DNA of 57,894 bases from Alphaproteobacteria bacterium (GCA_045634545.1 JAZRAL010000012.1:1-57894); one strand, 5' to 3'; shown: positions 28,670 through 37,865, counted from the first letter of the stretch. A program made the numbers and translations. The notes: generated by a model not told the origin, from the letters alone.

Positions 28670-29770
28670 ATGGCGATATTTGGTAAAGATAAAGAACAAG
28701 AAGAACAAACACAACAAGCTCAACCTAAACCATCAGTTATGAGTAGTGCAGCCCTCCTAAAAAAAGAGGCAACAATCCCTCAAAAGGTTATTGAAGATAG
28801 TCTTCCTAAAACAACCAATGATGCAAAATTTTCAGATTTATACATAACCCCAGATAAAACTTGCTACATATGGAGTGGCAAATCTAATAGTGGATTAAAA
28901 GTTGCAAAATTCGTTGACTTGCAAGAGTTTATCAATGCCGTAATCGAAAAATATGATGGTCATAATGCTAGTTATTCTCTTCAGTTCAAAGGGAGAGATT
29001 ATCGTATAGAAAGAACCGTTGCACTAAAAGGTGAACAATATTGTGCTCGCAAAATGCCAACCTCAATTCCAAATTTAGAAAAATTAGGCTTACCAGGTGG
29101 AATATATCGTCAACTATTAACCTTAGCAGATAAAAGTGGCTTAATTCTAATTGCCGGAGCCACTGGAACAGGAAAAAGCACAACCATTTCAGCTCTCTTA
29201 AAAAAATACCTCCAAACCGAAGGAGGATATGCATTCACAATTGAAGATCCAATAGAAATGCCTCTAGATGGTATATATGAAACAGTAAATGGTGATTTAG
29301 GACTTTGCAAACAAACAACACCACCAAATGGTAAATGGGAAGAGGGCATCAAATCAGCACTTCGCTCAAAGCCTCGCTATATTTATCTAGGGGAGATACG
29401 CTCTCCTGAAGCCGCCGAAGAGCTACTTCGTGCCGCAACATCAGGACACCTTGTATTTTCAACCATACATGCAAACAATGTTGCAGATGCTGTAAATGCC
29501 TTAGCTAAATATGCCGCATCAAGTGGTATAAGTGAAGAATTAGCATATGGATTAATGGCAAACGGGTTGCTTGCATGCATACATCAAAATCTTGTAGGTT
29601 CACCTAAACGTTTACGAGCAGAAGCTTTATTTGCAAATCCAAACATACATGGGGGATGTGCTGTTCGAACAATGCTAAAAAGTGGAAAACTAAGCATAGC
29701 AACACTACTTGAACAGCAAAAAACTAAAATGGAAAAAGGTTTGCCATTGTTTGAAACCCCGCAACCATAG
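28670..29770 (+). CDS. PilT/DotB-family secretion or pilus ATPase
   Basis: SDLYI, Walker A GATGTGKSTT, Asp box TIEDPIE, Walker B YLGEIR, His box SGHLVFSTIHAN; AVRTMLKSG at the position of the PilT AIRNLIRE motif. Confidence 0.88.
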   Translation: MAIFGKDKEQEEQTQQAQPKPSVMSSAALLKKEATIPQKVIEDSLPKTTNDAKFSDLYITPDKTCYIWSGKSNSGLKVAKFVDLQEFINAVIEKYDGHNASYSLQFKGRDYRIERTVALKGEQYCARKMPTSIPNLEKLGLPGGIYRQLLTLADKSGLILIAGATGTGKSTTISALLKKYLQTEGGYAFTIEDPIEMPLDGIYETVNGDLGLCKQTTPPNGKWEEGIKSALRSKPRYIYLGEIRSPEAAEELLRAATSGHLVFSTIHANNVADAVNALAKYAASSGISEELAYGLMANGLLACIHQNLVGSPKRLRAEALFANPNIHGGCAVRTMLKSGKLSIATLLEQQKTKMEKGLPLFETPQP

Positions 29771-29819
29771 TTTAGCACAAGCCCCAAAAAGCTATCCTCG
29801 ATTGAGTTTAGCTTCTTTT

Positions 29820-29860
29820 GTCATCCCTCGTTTTGCCTTAGCAAAACGTCAAGGGATCTC
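29820..29860. repeat. Bulged palindromic intergenic element, copy 1
   Basis: gtcatccct-cgttttgc-ctta-gcaaaacg-tca-agggat-ctc. Confidence 0.9.
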
Positions 29861-29863
29861 ATT

Positions 29864-30916
29864 CTAGTCTCCCATTTCTAAACATTTTTTAATTTTATAA
29901 AGAAGACTATTCTTATTTCTAGGATCCTCTAGCATTTCCCTTATTTTATCATTTCTTGCCAAATCAATAGCAGTTCTTCCATCTACATCTTTAGCTAAAA
30001 TATCCGCCCCTCTTTCTAATAACAATTTTACAATTTCACTATAACCCCATCTAGAAGCCAATATAAGCGAAGTATCTCCATCATTATCTTTAGCTTCAAT
30101 ATCCGCCCCCTTTCCTAATAATAATTTTACAACTTCACTATGACCATCATAAGAAGCCGCCATAAGCGACGTCCATCCAGATATAGATTTAGCCTCAATA
30201 TTTGCCCCTCTTTCTAATAATAATTTTACAACTTCACTATGACCATCACCAGAAGCCCCCATAAGCGACGTCCATCCAGAGTTATCTTTAGCTTCAATAT
30301 CTGCCCCTTTTTCTAATAATAATTTTACAACTTCACTATGACCTCTACGAGAAGCCCCCATAAGCGACGTCCATCCAGCTCTATCTTTAGCTTCAATATC
30401 CGCCCCTTTTTCTAATAACATTTTTACAACTTCAGTATGCCCAAACAAAGAAGCCCACATAAGCGACGTCCTTCCATCTACATCTTTAGCTTCAATATCC
30501 GCCCCCTTTTCTAATAATAATTTTACAACCTCACTATGACCTTTATAAGAAGCCCACATAAGCGAAGTACTTCCATAATCATTCTTAGCCACAATATCCG
30601 CCCCTTTATTTATTAACTCTTTTACTTTTTCAAAATTTATTTCATTCTTTATACATTCCTTAATCAACTCTTCCTCTAATTCTTTAGCTCTTTTTTCATC
30701 AATAAACTCTTTAGCACCATTTTCCTCTAAAAACTCGCAAACATTACTTAAACCTTTTTCTTTGGCTACAAATAGAGCAGACTTTGCGCCATACAAAGCA
30801 TTCACATCTCCCCCTAATTTAACAAGCATATCAAGCTTAGCAAGCTTAATATGTTCTGCCATTTCTTCATCTTTGATAATCTCTATCAATTGGCTTTCTA
30901 ACGTTACTTCACTCAT
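29864..30916 (-). CDS. Ankyrin repeat protein ank1 (subtype A: six near-identical 33-aa repeats plus cap)
   Basis: Repeats ADIEAKDxxGxTSLMxASxxGHSEVVKLLLEKG; shared N-terminal module and C-terminal tail. Confidence 0.95.
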   Translation of the reverse strand: MSEVTLESQLIEIIKDEEMAEHIKLAKLDMLVKLGGDVNALYGAKSALFVAKEKGLSNVCEFLEENGAKEFIDEKRAKELEEELIKECIKNEINFEKVKELINKGADIVAKNDYGSTSLMWASYKGHSEVVKLLLEKGADIEAKDVDGRTSLMWASLFGHTEVVKMLLEKGADIEAKDRAGWTSLMGASRRGHSEVVKLLLEKGADIEAKDNSGWTSLMGASGDGHSEVVKLLLERGANIEAKSISGWTSLMAASYDGHSEVVKLLLGKGADIEAKDNDGDTSLILASRWGYSEIVKLLLERGADILAKDVDGRTAIDLARNDKIREMLEDPRNKNSLLYKIKKCLEMGD

Positions 30917-30948
30917 ATTTGCCTCATTTCTTCTAAAAAATATAGCCT

Positions 30949-30977
30949 ATTTTATCACAAAATTCCCAGCTTTGCAA
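30949..30977 (-). promoter_or_regulatory. Duplicated sigma70 promoter of ank1
   Basis: TTGCAA-N17-TAAAAT with TGn extension; GAGG RBS downstream. Confidence 0.7.
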
Positions 30978-31020
30978 TAAATATCTCCCCAGACGTCATC
31001 CTTGATTACATTCCTAACCT

Positions 31021-31060
31021 GTCATCCCTCGATTGCGTTTAGCAATCGTCAAGGGATCTC
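31021..31060. repeat. Bulged palindromic intergenic element, copy 2
   Basis: gtcatccct-cgattgc-gttta-gcaatcg-tca-agggat-ctc; half copy at ~30995. Confidence 0.9.
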
Positions 31061-31073
31061 CAAATTAAACCAT

Positions 31074-31961
31074 TTATTTATCCATGCTAAACACTTGCTT
31101 AATCTTACTAGCCAAAGACATTTTTCCACTATTCTCTTTTTCATTTCTCTTATCAATAGCGTCAATTATTGTCTTTTTTGTTTTTTCATCTCGCGCCATT
31201 GTTATTGCGTTATAGCCTTCATCATCTCTAATAAGAACATTAGCTCTATTTTCTATTAAAATTTTAATAGCCTTAACAGAGCCATGAGTAGAAGCAAGCA
31301 TTAATGCCGTCAATCCTTCTTTATTTTTAACATCAATATTGGCATCATTTTTTATCAAATATTCAACAATTTCTGCATTGTCATAACGAGAAGCCCATAT
31401 CAAAGCTGTGCAGTCTTCTTTGTTTTTAATATTAACATCAGCATTGTTTTTTACTAAACATTTAACTATTTCAATATGATTATACGCGGATGCCCACATT
31501 AATGCCGTAGCTCCATGATTATTTGTTTCATTAACGTCAGCTCCATTTTTGATTAAAAGCTCAACAACATCTAAATGACCATTAAATGATGCTTCCATCA
31601 AAGCTGTATAGCCAGAATCATCTTCTGCATTAACATCCGCCCCCATATCAATCAATTCATTAATTTCAGCAATATTTATATTTTCAGCTTCACTTGCACA
31701 AATTTTATATAATTTTTCACCAAGTTCATTTACTTTTTCTTCATCAATAAAATCTCTAGCCTTGTTGTCTTCCAATATTTTTGCAATTTTTTCTTCTTTT
31801 ACTTCATTTGCGAGCTTTAAGGCAGACTTTGCGCCATACAAAGTATTAACATCAACGCCAAGTCTAACCAACATATCAAGCTTAGCAAGCTTAATCTTTT
31901 CCTCCATCTCTTTATTTTGAATTATCTCAAACAACTGCTTTTCTAAAATATTCTCACTCAT
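31074..31961 (-). CDS. Ankyrin repeat protein ank2 (subtype B)
   Basis: GxTALMxAS repeats. Start moved to MSENILE by homology with the paralogues; GGGAGA RBS lies inside the end of ank3. Confidence 0.93.
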   Translation of the reverse strand: MSENILEKQLFEIIQNKEMEEKIKLAKLDMLVRLGVDVNTLYGAKSALKLANEVKEEKIAKILEDNKARDFIDEEKVNELGEKLYKICASEAENINIAEINELIDMGADVNAEDDSGYTALMEASFNGHLDVVELLIKNGADVNETNNHGATALMWASAYNHIEIVKCLVKNNADVNIKNKEDCTALIWASRYDNAEIVEYLIKNDANIDVKNKEGLTALMLASTHGSVKAIKILIENRANVLIRDDEGYNAITMARDEKTKKTIIDAIDKRNEKENSGKMSLASKIKQVFSMDK

Positions 31962-31962
31962 T

Positions 31963-33015
31963 TTAGTCTCCCATTCCAAAACCTCTTTTAATTTTATAAA
32001 GAAAACTATTCTTATTTCTAGCATCCTTTAATATTTTCTTTGTGTCATCATATTTTGCCAAATCAAGAGCTGTTTTTCCATAATCATTTTTAGCCTCAAT
32101 ATCCGCCCCTTTTTCTAATAATACCTTAACTACATCACTATGACCATTTGATGAAGCCCACATAAGCGAAGTATTTCCTTTATTATCTTTAGCTTCAATA
32201 TCCGCCCCTTTTTCTAATAACAATTTTACTATTTCACTATACCCTTTGTAAGAAGCCCATATAAGCGAAGTATCTCCATCTACATTTTTAGCATCAATAT
32301 TAGCCCCTTTTTCTAATAATACCTTAACTACATCACTATGCCCCCCTTCTGAAGCACATATAAGCGAAGTATCTCCATCTACATTTTTAGCCTCAATATT
32401 AGCCCCTTTTTCTAATAACAGTTTTACAACTTCACTTTTACCATTTGATGAAGCCAACATAAGCGACGTCCTTCCATCATTATTTTTAGCCTCAATATTC
32501 GCCCATTTTTCTAATAACAGTTCTACAACTTCACTATGACCATTATGAGAAGCAAACATAAGCGAAGTCCATCCAATTATATTTTTAGCCTCAATATTTG
32601 CCCCTCTTTCTAATAATACCTTAACTACATCACTATGACCTCTACGAGATGCCCACATAAGCGACGTCCTTCCATCTACATCTTTAGCTTCAATATCCGC
32701 CCCTTTATTTATTAACTCTTTTACTTTTTCAAAATTTATTTCTTTCTGACCACATTCTTTAATCAACACTTGCCTTAATTCTTCTGCCTTTTCTTCATCA
32801 AAAAACTCTTTAGCACCATTTTCTTCTAAAAATTTTGCAACTTTTTCTAATCTAATATCTTTTGCATTCCTTAATGCTGACCTTGCTCCATACAAAGCAT
32901 TCACATCTACCCCTAATTTAACAAGCATATCAACCTTAGCAAATTTTATCTCCTCGCTCATCTTTTTATCGTTAATTATCTCAAACAACTGACTTTCTAA
33001 CGTTACTTCGCCCAT
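31963..33015 (-). CDS. Ankyrin repeat protein ank3 (subtype A)
   Basis: Same length and repeat framework as ank1. Confidence 0.95.
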   Translation of the reverse strand: MGEVTLESQLFEIINDKKMSEEIKFAKVDMLVKLGVDVNALYGARSALRNAKDIRLEKVAKFLEENGAKEFFDEEKAEELRQVLIKECGQKEINFEKVKELINKGADIEAKDVDGRTSLMWASRRGHSDVVKVLLERGANIEAKNIIGWTSLMFASHNGHSEVVELLLEKWANIEAKNNDGRTSLMLASSNGKSEVVKLLLEKGANIEAKNVDGDTSLICASEGGHSDVVKVLLEKGANIDAKNVDGDTSLIWASYKGYSEIVKLLLEKGADIEAKDNKGNTSLMWASSNGHSDVVKVLLEKGADIEAKNDYGKTALDLAKYDDTKKILKDARNKNSFLYKIKRGFGMGD

Positions 33016-33017
33016 TT

Positions 33018-33770
33018 TTATTTCCCAATTCCAAATCCTTTTTTAATCTTGTCTAATAAAACTTTTTTACTTTTTTTACTAACAGCTCTTTTTATTATTT
33101 TCTCTGTTTTGCTATTAGAAGCCAGCATCAAAGCTGTTTCCCCTTTATTATTCTCTATATCAATATCCGCTCCATGTTGAATTAATAATTCAACAATTTC
33201 CCCATAACCACGCTCTGAAGTATTTATCAAGGCTGTCTCACCATAATAATCTCGAGCATTAATATTTACACCATTTTGAATTAGAAGCTTCACAATTTCC
33301 TTATGATTACGTGTTGAAGCACTCATTAAAGCTGTCCACCCATCATTATTCTCAGCATTAATATCAGCCCCGTTTTGAATTAATAATTCAACAATTTCCT
33401 TATCTCCTTCATGAGAAGCATTCATCAAAGCAGTCCAACCATCAGAAGTTTTTGCATTAACATTTGCGCCATTTTTAATTAATATCTCAGCAATTTCTTT
33501 ATGACCATAATTTAAAGCCATTATCAAAGCTGTATAGCCATAATCATCTTCTGCATGAACATCTGCGCCACTAGAAATTAAAACTTCCGCAATTTCCTTA
33601 TAACCATTTTGACAAGCCAATATCAATGCTGTTTTATCATACATATCTTTATAATTAACATCAACGCCAAGCTTAACAAGCATATCAAGTTTAGCAACCT
33701 TAATATGCTCGGCCATTTCTTTATCTTTAATTATATCAAACAATTGGCTTTCTAATGTTACTTCACTCAT
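33018..33770 (-). CDS. Ankyrin repeat protein ank4 (subtype B, short linker)
   Basis: MSEVTLESQL module fused directly to the TALM/I repeats. Confidence 0.95.
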   Translation of the reverse strand: MSEVTLESQLFDIIKDKEMAEHIKVAKLDMLVKLGVDVNYKDMYDKTALILACQNGYKEIAEVLISSGADVHAEDDYGYTALIMALNYGHKEIAEILIKNGANVNAKTSDGWTALMNASHEGDKEIVELLIQNGADINAENNDGWTALMSASTRNHKEIVKLLIQNGVNINARDYYGETALINTSERGYGEIVELLIQHGADIDIENNKGETALMLASNSKTEKIIKRAVSKKSKKVLLDKIKKGFGIGK

Positions 33771-33801
33771 TTTTGCCCCGTTTTTCTAAAAAACATAGCT
33801 T

Positions 33802-33830
33802 ATTTTATCACAAAATCCCCCACTTTGCAA
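33802..33830 (-). promoter_or_regulatory. Duplicated sigma70 promoter of ank4-ank3-ank2
   Basis: TTGCAA-agtgggggattttgtga-TAAAAT. Confidence 0.7.
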
Positions 33831-33883
33831 CAAATATCTACCTCGTCATCCCTTAATTGCTCTCTCCCCATACTCCTTACCCC

Positions 33884-33924
33884 GTCATCCCTCGTTTTGC
33901 CTTAGCAAAACGTCAAGGGATTTC
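33884..33924. repeat. Bulged palindromic intergenic element, copy 3
   Basis: Core identical to copy 1; half copy at ~33845. Confidence 0.9.
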
Positions 33925-33937
33925 CAAATTAAAACCA

Positions 33938-35014
33938 CTACATATCAATTCCTAATCTTCTTTTTATTTTACTGAAAAAAGAAGCACCATTCTCTTTTTC
34001 ATTTCTCTTTTTAACAGCATCCATTATAGCTTTTTGTGTTCTATTACCATATGCAACCATCATTGCATTTTGACCTTTATTATTTTTTTGATTAACATCT
34101 GCCCCATTTTGAATTAAAAGTTCCACAATTTCTTTATATCCTTTTTCTGAAGCCCACATTAAAGCTGTCTTACCATCATTACTCTGAGCATTAACATTTG
34201 CACCTTTTTGAATTAATAATTCCACAACTTCCTTACAACCATATTCTGAAGCCCACATCAAAGCACTTCCTCTCATTTTATCTCTTATATTAACATCTGC
34301 TCCATTTTTAATTAAAATTTCAACTACTTCCTTATAACCTTTTATTGAAGCCCTCATCAAAGCTGTCTTACCATACTTATCTTGTTCATTAATATTAGCT
34401 CCTTTTTGAAGCAGTAATTCCACAACTTCTTTATTTCCAAATTCTGAAGCCCATATCAAAGCTGTTACTTTAGACACATTATTCTTCACATTAATGTTAG
34501 CCTCATTTTGAATTAAAAACTCCGCAATTTCTTTATGACCTTTACATGAAGCATATATCAAAGCTGTATCTCCCTGAGAATTTTCAACATTAATATTTGC
34601 TCCATTTTTTATCAAAAGCTCCACAATTTCCTTATGTCCTTCATATGATGCTCCCATCAAGGCTGTAAAACCATTATCTAATTTTGCATTAACATCAGCC
34701 CCCATATCAACTAATTCATTAACCTTTTCAATATCCCCATCTTTTTTATTACAAACCTCTATTAAATCCCAACCAAGCTTTTGTGCAGTTTCTTCATCAA
34801 AAATATCTTTTCCACCTTTTTCTTTTAGAAATTCTATAATTTTCGGCTCATCTACCTCATTTGCAAGCTTTAATGCAGACTTCGCTCCATACATAGCATT
34901 AACATCAACGCCAAGTCTAACTAGCATATCAATCTTGGCAAGCTTAATATTTTCCGCCATTTCTTCGTCTTTAATAATCTCAATCAATTGGCTTTCTAAC
35001 GTTACTTCACTCAT
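33938..35014 (-). CDS. Ankyrin repeat protein ank5 (subtype B)
   Basis: GxTALMxASxxGxKEIVELLIxxGA repeats; termini most similar to ank2. Confidence 0.95.
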   Translation of the reverse strand: MSEVTLESQLIEIIKDEEMAENIKLAKIDMLVRLGVDVNAMYGAKSALKLANEVDEPKIIEFLKEKGGKDIFDEETAQKLGWDLIEVCNKKDGDIEKVNELVDMGADVNAKLDNGFTALMGASYEGHKEIVELLIKNGANINVENSQGDTALIYASCKGHKEIAEFLIQNEANINVKNNVSKVTALIWASEFGNKEVVELLLQKGANINEQDKYGKTALMRASIKGYKEVVEILIKNGADVNIRDKMRGSALMWASEYGCKEVVELLIQKGANVNAQSNDGKTALMWASEKGYKEIVELLIQNGADVNQKNNKGQNAMMVAYGNRTQKAIMDAVKKRNEKENGASFFSKIKRRLGIDM

Positions 35015-35042
35015 TTTGCCTCATTTTCTAAAAACATAACCT

Positions 35043-35071
35043 ATTTTATCACAAAATCCCCCACTTTGCAA
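35043..35071 (-). promoter_or_regulatory. Duplicated sigma70 promoter of ank5
   Basis: Same -35, spacer and -10 as the 33802 copy. Confidence 0.7.
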
Positions 35072-35088
35072 CAAATATCTTCTCAAGC

Positions 35089-35128
35089 GTCATCCCTCGA
35101 TTGCCTTAGCAAAACGTCAAGGGATATC
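35089..35128. repeat. Bulged palindromic intergenic element, copy 4 (hybrid arms)
   Basis: gtcatccct-cgattgc-ctta-gcaaaacg-tca-agggat. Confidence 0.88.
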
Positions 35129-35134
35129 CCAAAT

Positions 35135-35165
35135 AAAAAAAGCCACTGTAATAAAACAGTGGCTT
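35135..35165 (-). terminator. Terminator of the nitroreductase gene
   Basis: aaaaaaagccactgt-aataaa-acagtggctt. Confidence 0.75.
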
Positions 35166-35186
35166 AAAAATCAAAACTTAAAACTT

Positions 35187-35786
35187 TTACGGTCTAACAA
35201 TAAGACTTTCATTAATATATTTAACTTCATGAGCTTTAGGTTCTTCAACCACGCCTCCAAAAGGCATTTGAGCAACAAGTTTCCAATCTTGATTAATTTT
35301 AAATTGTTGCTTAATAATATTGTCAATTAATGGATTGTAATGTTGTAAACTTGCACCAATATTTTTTTGGGCAAAAGATGTCCAAATCATAAATTGCAAC
35401 ATCGCATTACTATGTTCTGCCCACACGGGGAAATTGGGGGCATATTGGGGGTAATTTTTTGCTAAATCTGAGGCAATTTGGGGGTCAATAAAGAACAAAA
35501 TAGTGCCAAAACCGGCCTCAAAAGAGGCTATTTTTTGCTCAATTTGCTCTTTTTTTGTGATTTCAGACACTCTAAAAAGCTCTTTTTTTACCAATTCCCA
35601 AAAGTATTTATGGTGCTCCCCCATAAGCAAAATAAGCCTTGCATCTTGTGAGTTAAAAGAGCTTGGATAAAGCTCCAAACACCCTCTAATTAATTCTTCA
35701 ACATCATGTTCTGATAAGTCTAACTTGTTGTTTATATTATAAAAACTATGACGCTTGGAAAACGCCTGCAAAACATTACAATCCAT
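35187..35786 (-). CDS. Nitroreductase family protein
   Basis: RHSFY, PSSFNSQ, GASLQHYNPLID, WKLVAQMPFG. Confidence 0.9.
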   Translation of the reverse strand: MDCNVLQAFSKRHSFYNINNKLDLSEHDVEELIRGCLELYPSSFNSQDARLILLMGEHHKYFWELVKKELFRVSEITKKEQIEQKIASFEAGFGTILFFIDPQIASDLAKNYPQYAPNFPVWAEHSNAMLQFMIWTSFAQKNIGASLQHYNPLIDNIIKQQFKINQDWKLVAQMPFGGVVEEPKAHEVKYINESLIVRP

Positions 35787-35798
35787 CGATTTCTCCTT

Positions 35799-35829
35799 AA
35801 AAAACCGGCACTTTTGCTTAGTGCCGGTT
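35799..35829 (-). terminator. Terminator of the BI-1/YccA gene
   Basis: aaaaaaccggcact...agtgccggtt. Confidence 0.7.
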
Positions 35830-35849
35830 AAAATTAAACCACAAAATGT

Positions 35850-36569
35850 TTATCTTCTATCGCCAAACAATCTAAGTAGCGCCATAAACATATTGATAAA
35901 GTCTAAATACAAAGACAAAGCCCCAGAAATTGCCACTTTTCCTTGCATTTCATCATCTGCTGGCACTGAATAATATATTGATTTCAATGCTTTAGTATCA
36001 TACACGGTTAAGCCTGCAAATATAAATACAGTAATGTATGAAAGAGCATAAGAAAGTCCAGAACTCTTTAAAAAGATGTTAACAATAGAAGCAATTATAA
36101 GGCCAAATAAACCAATAAATAAAAAGCTTCTCCAACCACTTAAATCTTTTTTTGTTGTGTATCCATAAATGCTTAAAGAACCAAAGGTTGCAGCTGTAAT
36201 CAAGAAAACTCTAGCAATACTTGTTCCTGTATAAACTAAAAAGATTGGAGCAAGAGATATGCCCATCAAAGCAGAGTATCCCCAAAACATAGCTTTTACC
36301 TGTGATAAAGTACCTTTATTTAATACCCAACTAAAAGCAAAAACTAAAATAAGAGGCGAAAATAAAGCTAAATAACCAAATCCAGTATATCCCATCTCAT
36401 TGAAAAATAATCTAAAAATTGATGGATTTGTAATAACTAAATAAGCAACTAAAGCTGTTGCACTTAAGCCTCCAGCCATATAATTGTATACCTTTAGCAT
36501 ATAGCTTCTAAGACCTTCATCAACCAATTGTGAACTACTATAACTAGCAAATTCTCTATTCTCAATCAT
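35850..36569 (-). CDS. Bax inhibitor-1/YccA family membrane protein
   Basis: DEGLRSYMLKVYNYM, GYTTKKDLS, ALSLYLDFINMF. Confidence 0.93.
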   Translation of the reverse strand: MIENREFASYSSSQLVDEGLRSYMLKVYNYMAGGLSATALVAYLVITNPSIFRLFFNEMGYTGFGYLALFSPLILVFAFSWVLNKGTLSQVKAMFWGYSALMGISLAPIFLVYTGTSIARVFLITAATFGSLSIYGYTTKKDLSGWRSFLFIGLFGLIIASIVNIFLKSSGLSYALSYITVFIFAGLTVYDTKALKSIYYSVPADDEMQGKVAISGALSLYLDFINMFMALLRLFGDRR

Positions 36570-36655
36570 AATAAAATATTCCCTTCTTAAAGTTTGTTCT
36601 TCTACTAATATAGGAAGTAATTTTTAAAAAATCAATAATTCAAAATAAAATTAAT

Positions 36656-36684
36656 AAAAAACAGGCACCATTCAGGTGCCTGTT
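36656..36684 (-). terminator. Terminator of the aminotransferase gene
   Basis: aaaaaacaggcacc-attca-ggtgcctgtt. Confidence 0.75.
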
Positions 36685-36704
36685 GGGGTTTAATAAAAGT
36701 TTGA

Positions 36705-37865
36705 TTATGCTACTTTTTTAGCTTTTTTAGCTGCAAATTCATTCATTTTTGCAATAACATAATTTTGAGCATCAATTTCCAAATATGGATGCATTGGAAT
36801 ACTGATAACTGTTTTAGATAATTTTTCACAAACAGGAAGTTTTCTTGTATTCCATTTAGCATATGCTGTTTGAGTATTTACAGGGCGAGGATAGTATGCA
36901 CCACATGGAATATTGCATTCTTTTAAGAAATTCATTAATTCATCTCTATCTTCGCAATCTACTGTATATAAACCATAAGCAGAAACAGCATTATCTAGGA
37001 TTCTTTGTTTGCCATAATAAGCATCAAGATTATCATCATATCTCTTTGCAATTTCAGCTCTTTTAACGAGTTCATCATCAAAAACAGTAAGTTTTTGTAA
37101 TACAACAGCACCTTGGAATGAGTCTAAACGTCCAGTTAAACCTAAACGAACATTGTCATATCTGTCTGTAGAGCTCATACCGTGTACACGACAAGATTTT
37201 AATAGTTCAAATTCTTCTTCTGAATTTGTAAACACAGCACCGCCATCGCCATAACAACCTAAAGGTTTTGTTGGGTAGAAAGATGTTGCAACCATATCAG
37301 CAACTGCGCCAGCTTTCTTGCCATTGTAAACTGAACCATATGATTGAGCAGCATCTTGTAAAACTTTCATGCCATTGTCGTGAGCGATTTTCATAATGCT
37401 ATCATAGTCGCAAGGAGAACCAAAGATATCAACAGCAATAATAGCTTTAAGATTTAATTTTCCTTCTCTTTTAACTTCATCAATTGCTCTTTGTAGGTCG
37501 TTTGGATCCATGTTGTATGTGTGTGGATCTGAATCAACAAATACTGGGGTTGCGCCAAGAATTGCAACGCATTCTGCAGAAGCAACAAAAGTAAATGATG
37601 AAACAAAAACAGCATCGCCAGGTTTAACACCCCATGCCATTAAAGCAAGAATAAGAGCATCTGTACCAGAAGCACAAGTAGCGCAGTAATTAACATTTGA
37701 ATATTTTGCTAATTTTTCTTCTAATTCTCTTGTTTCAGGGCCTTGGCAGTATGCGCCGTGATCTAAAACAGCTTTAAAAGCATTTAAAAAATTTTCTTGT
37801 CCAATTACTTTTTGAGCTGTTGCGCAATCAAATAAGTTAATTTTACCATTGTATGTGTTTGTCAT
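36705..37865 (-). CDS. DegT/DnrJ/EryC1/StrS family sugar aminotransferase
   Basis: SGTDAL, FTFVASAE, DAAQS, SFYPTKPLGCYGDGGA (PLP lysine). Confidence 0.93.
   Translation of the reverse strand: MTNTYNGKINLFDCATAQKVIGQENFLNAFKAVLDHGAYCQGPETRELEEKLAKYSNVNYCATCASGTDALILALMAWGVKPGDAVFVSSFTFVASAECVAILGATPVFVDSDPHTYNMDPNDLQRAIDEVKREGKLNLKAIIAVDIFGSPCDYDSIMKIAHDNGMKVLQDAAQSYGSVYNGKKAGAVADMVATSFYPTKPLGCYGDGGAVFTNSEEEFELLKSCRVHGMSSTDRYDNVRLGLTGRLDSFQGAVVLQKLTVFDDELVKRAEIAKRYDDNLDAYYGKQRILDNAVSAYGLYTVDCEDRDELMNFLKECNIPCGAYYPRPVNTQTAYAKWNTRKLPVCEKLSKTVISIPMHPYLEIDAQNYVIAKMNEFAAKKAKKVA

Noticed and set aside
29864-35014. Diversity-generating retroelement acting on the ankyrin repeats
   Set aside because: No reverse transcriptase or non-coding template repeat in the window, and variable codons differ at all four bases rather than only at adenines.
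29820-35128. Palindromic ~40-bp repeats as a CRISPR array or true integron attC sites
   Set aside because: Copies are separated by whole genes (1.2-2.9 kb), not 30-40-bp spacers; no cas genes. No RYYYAAC/GTTRRRY boxes and no integrase in the window.
27147-35130. Integrated prophage or ICE at tRNA-Gly
   Set aside because: No integrase, no direct repeat of the tRNA 3' end at the far side, and no phage or conjugation structural genes.
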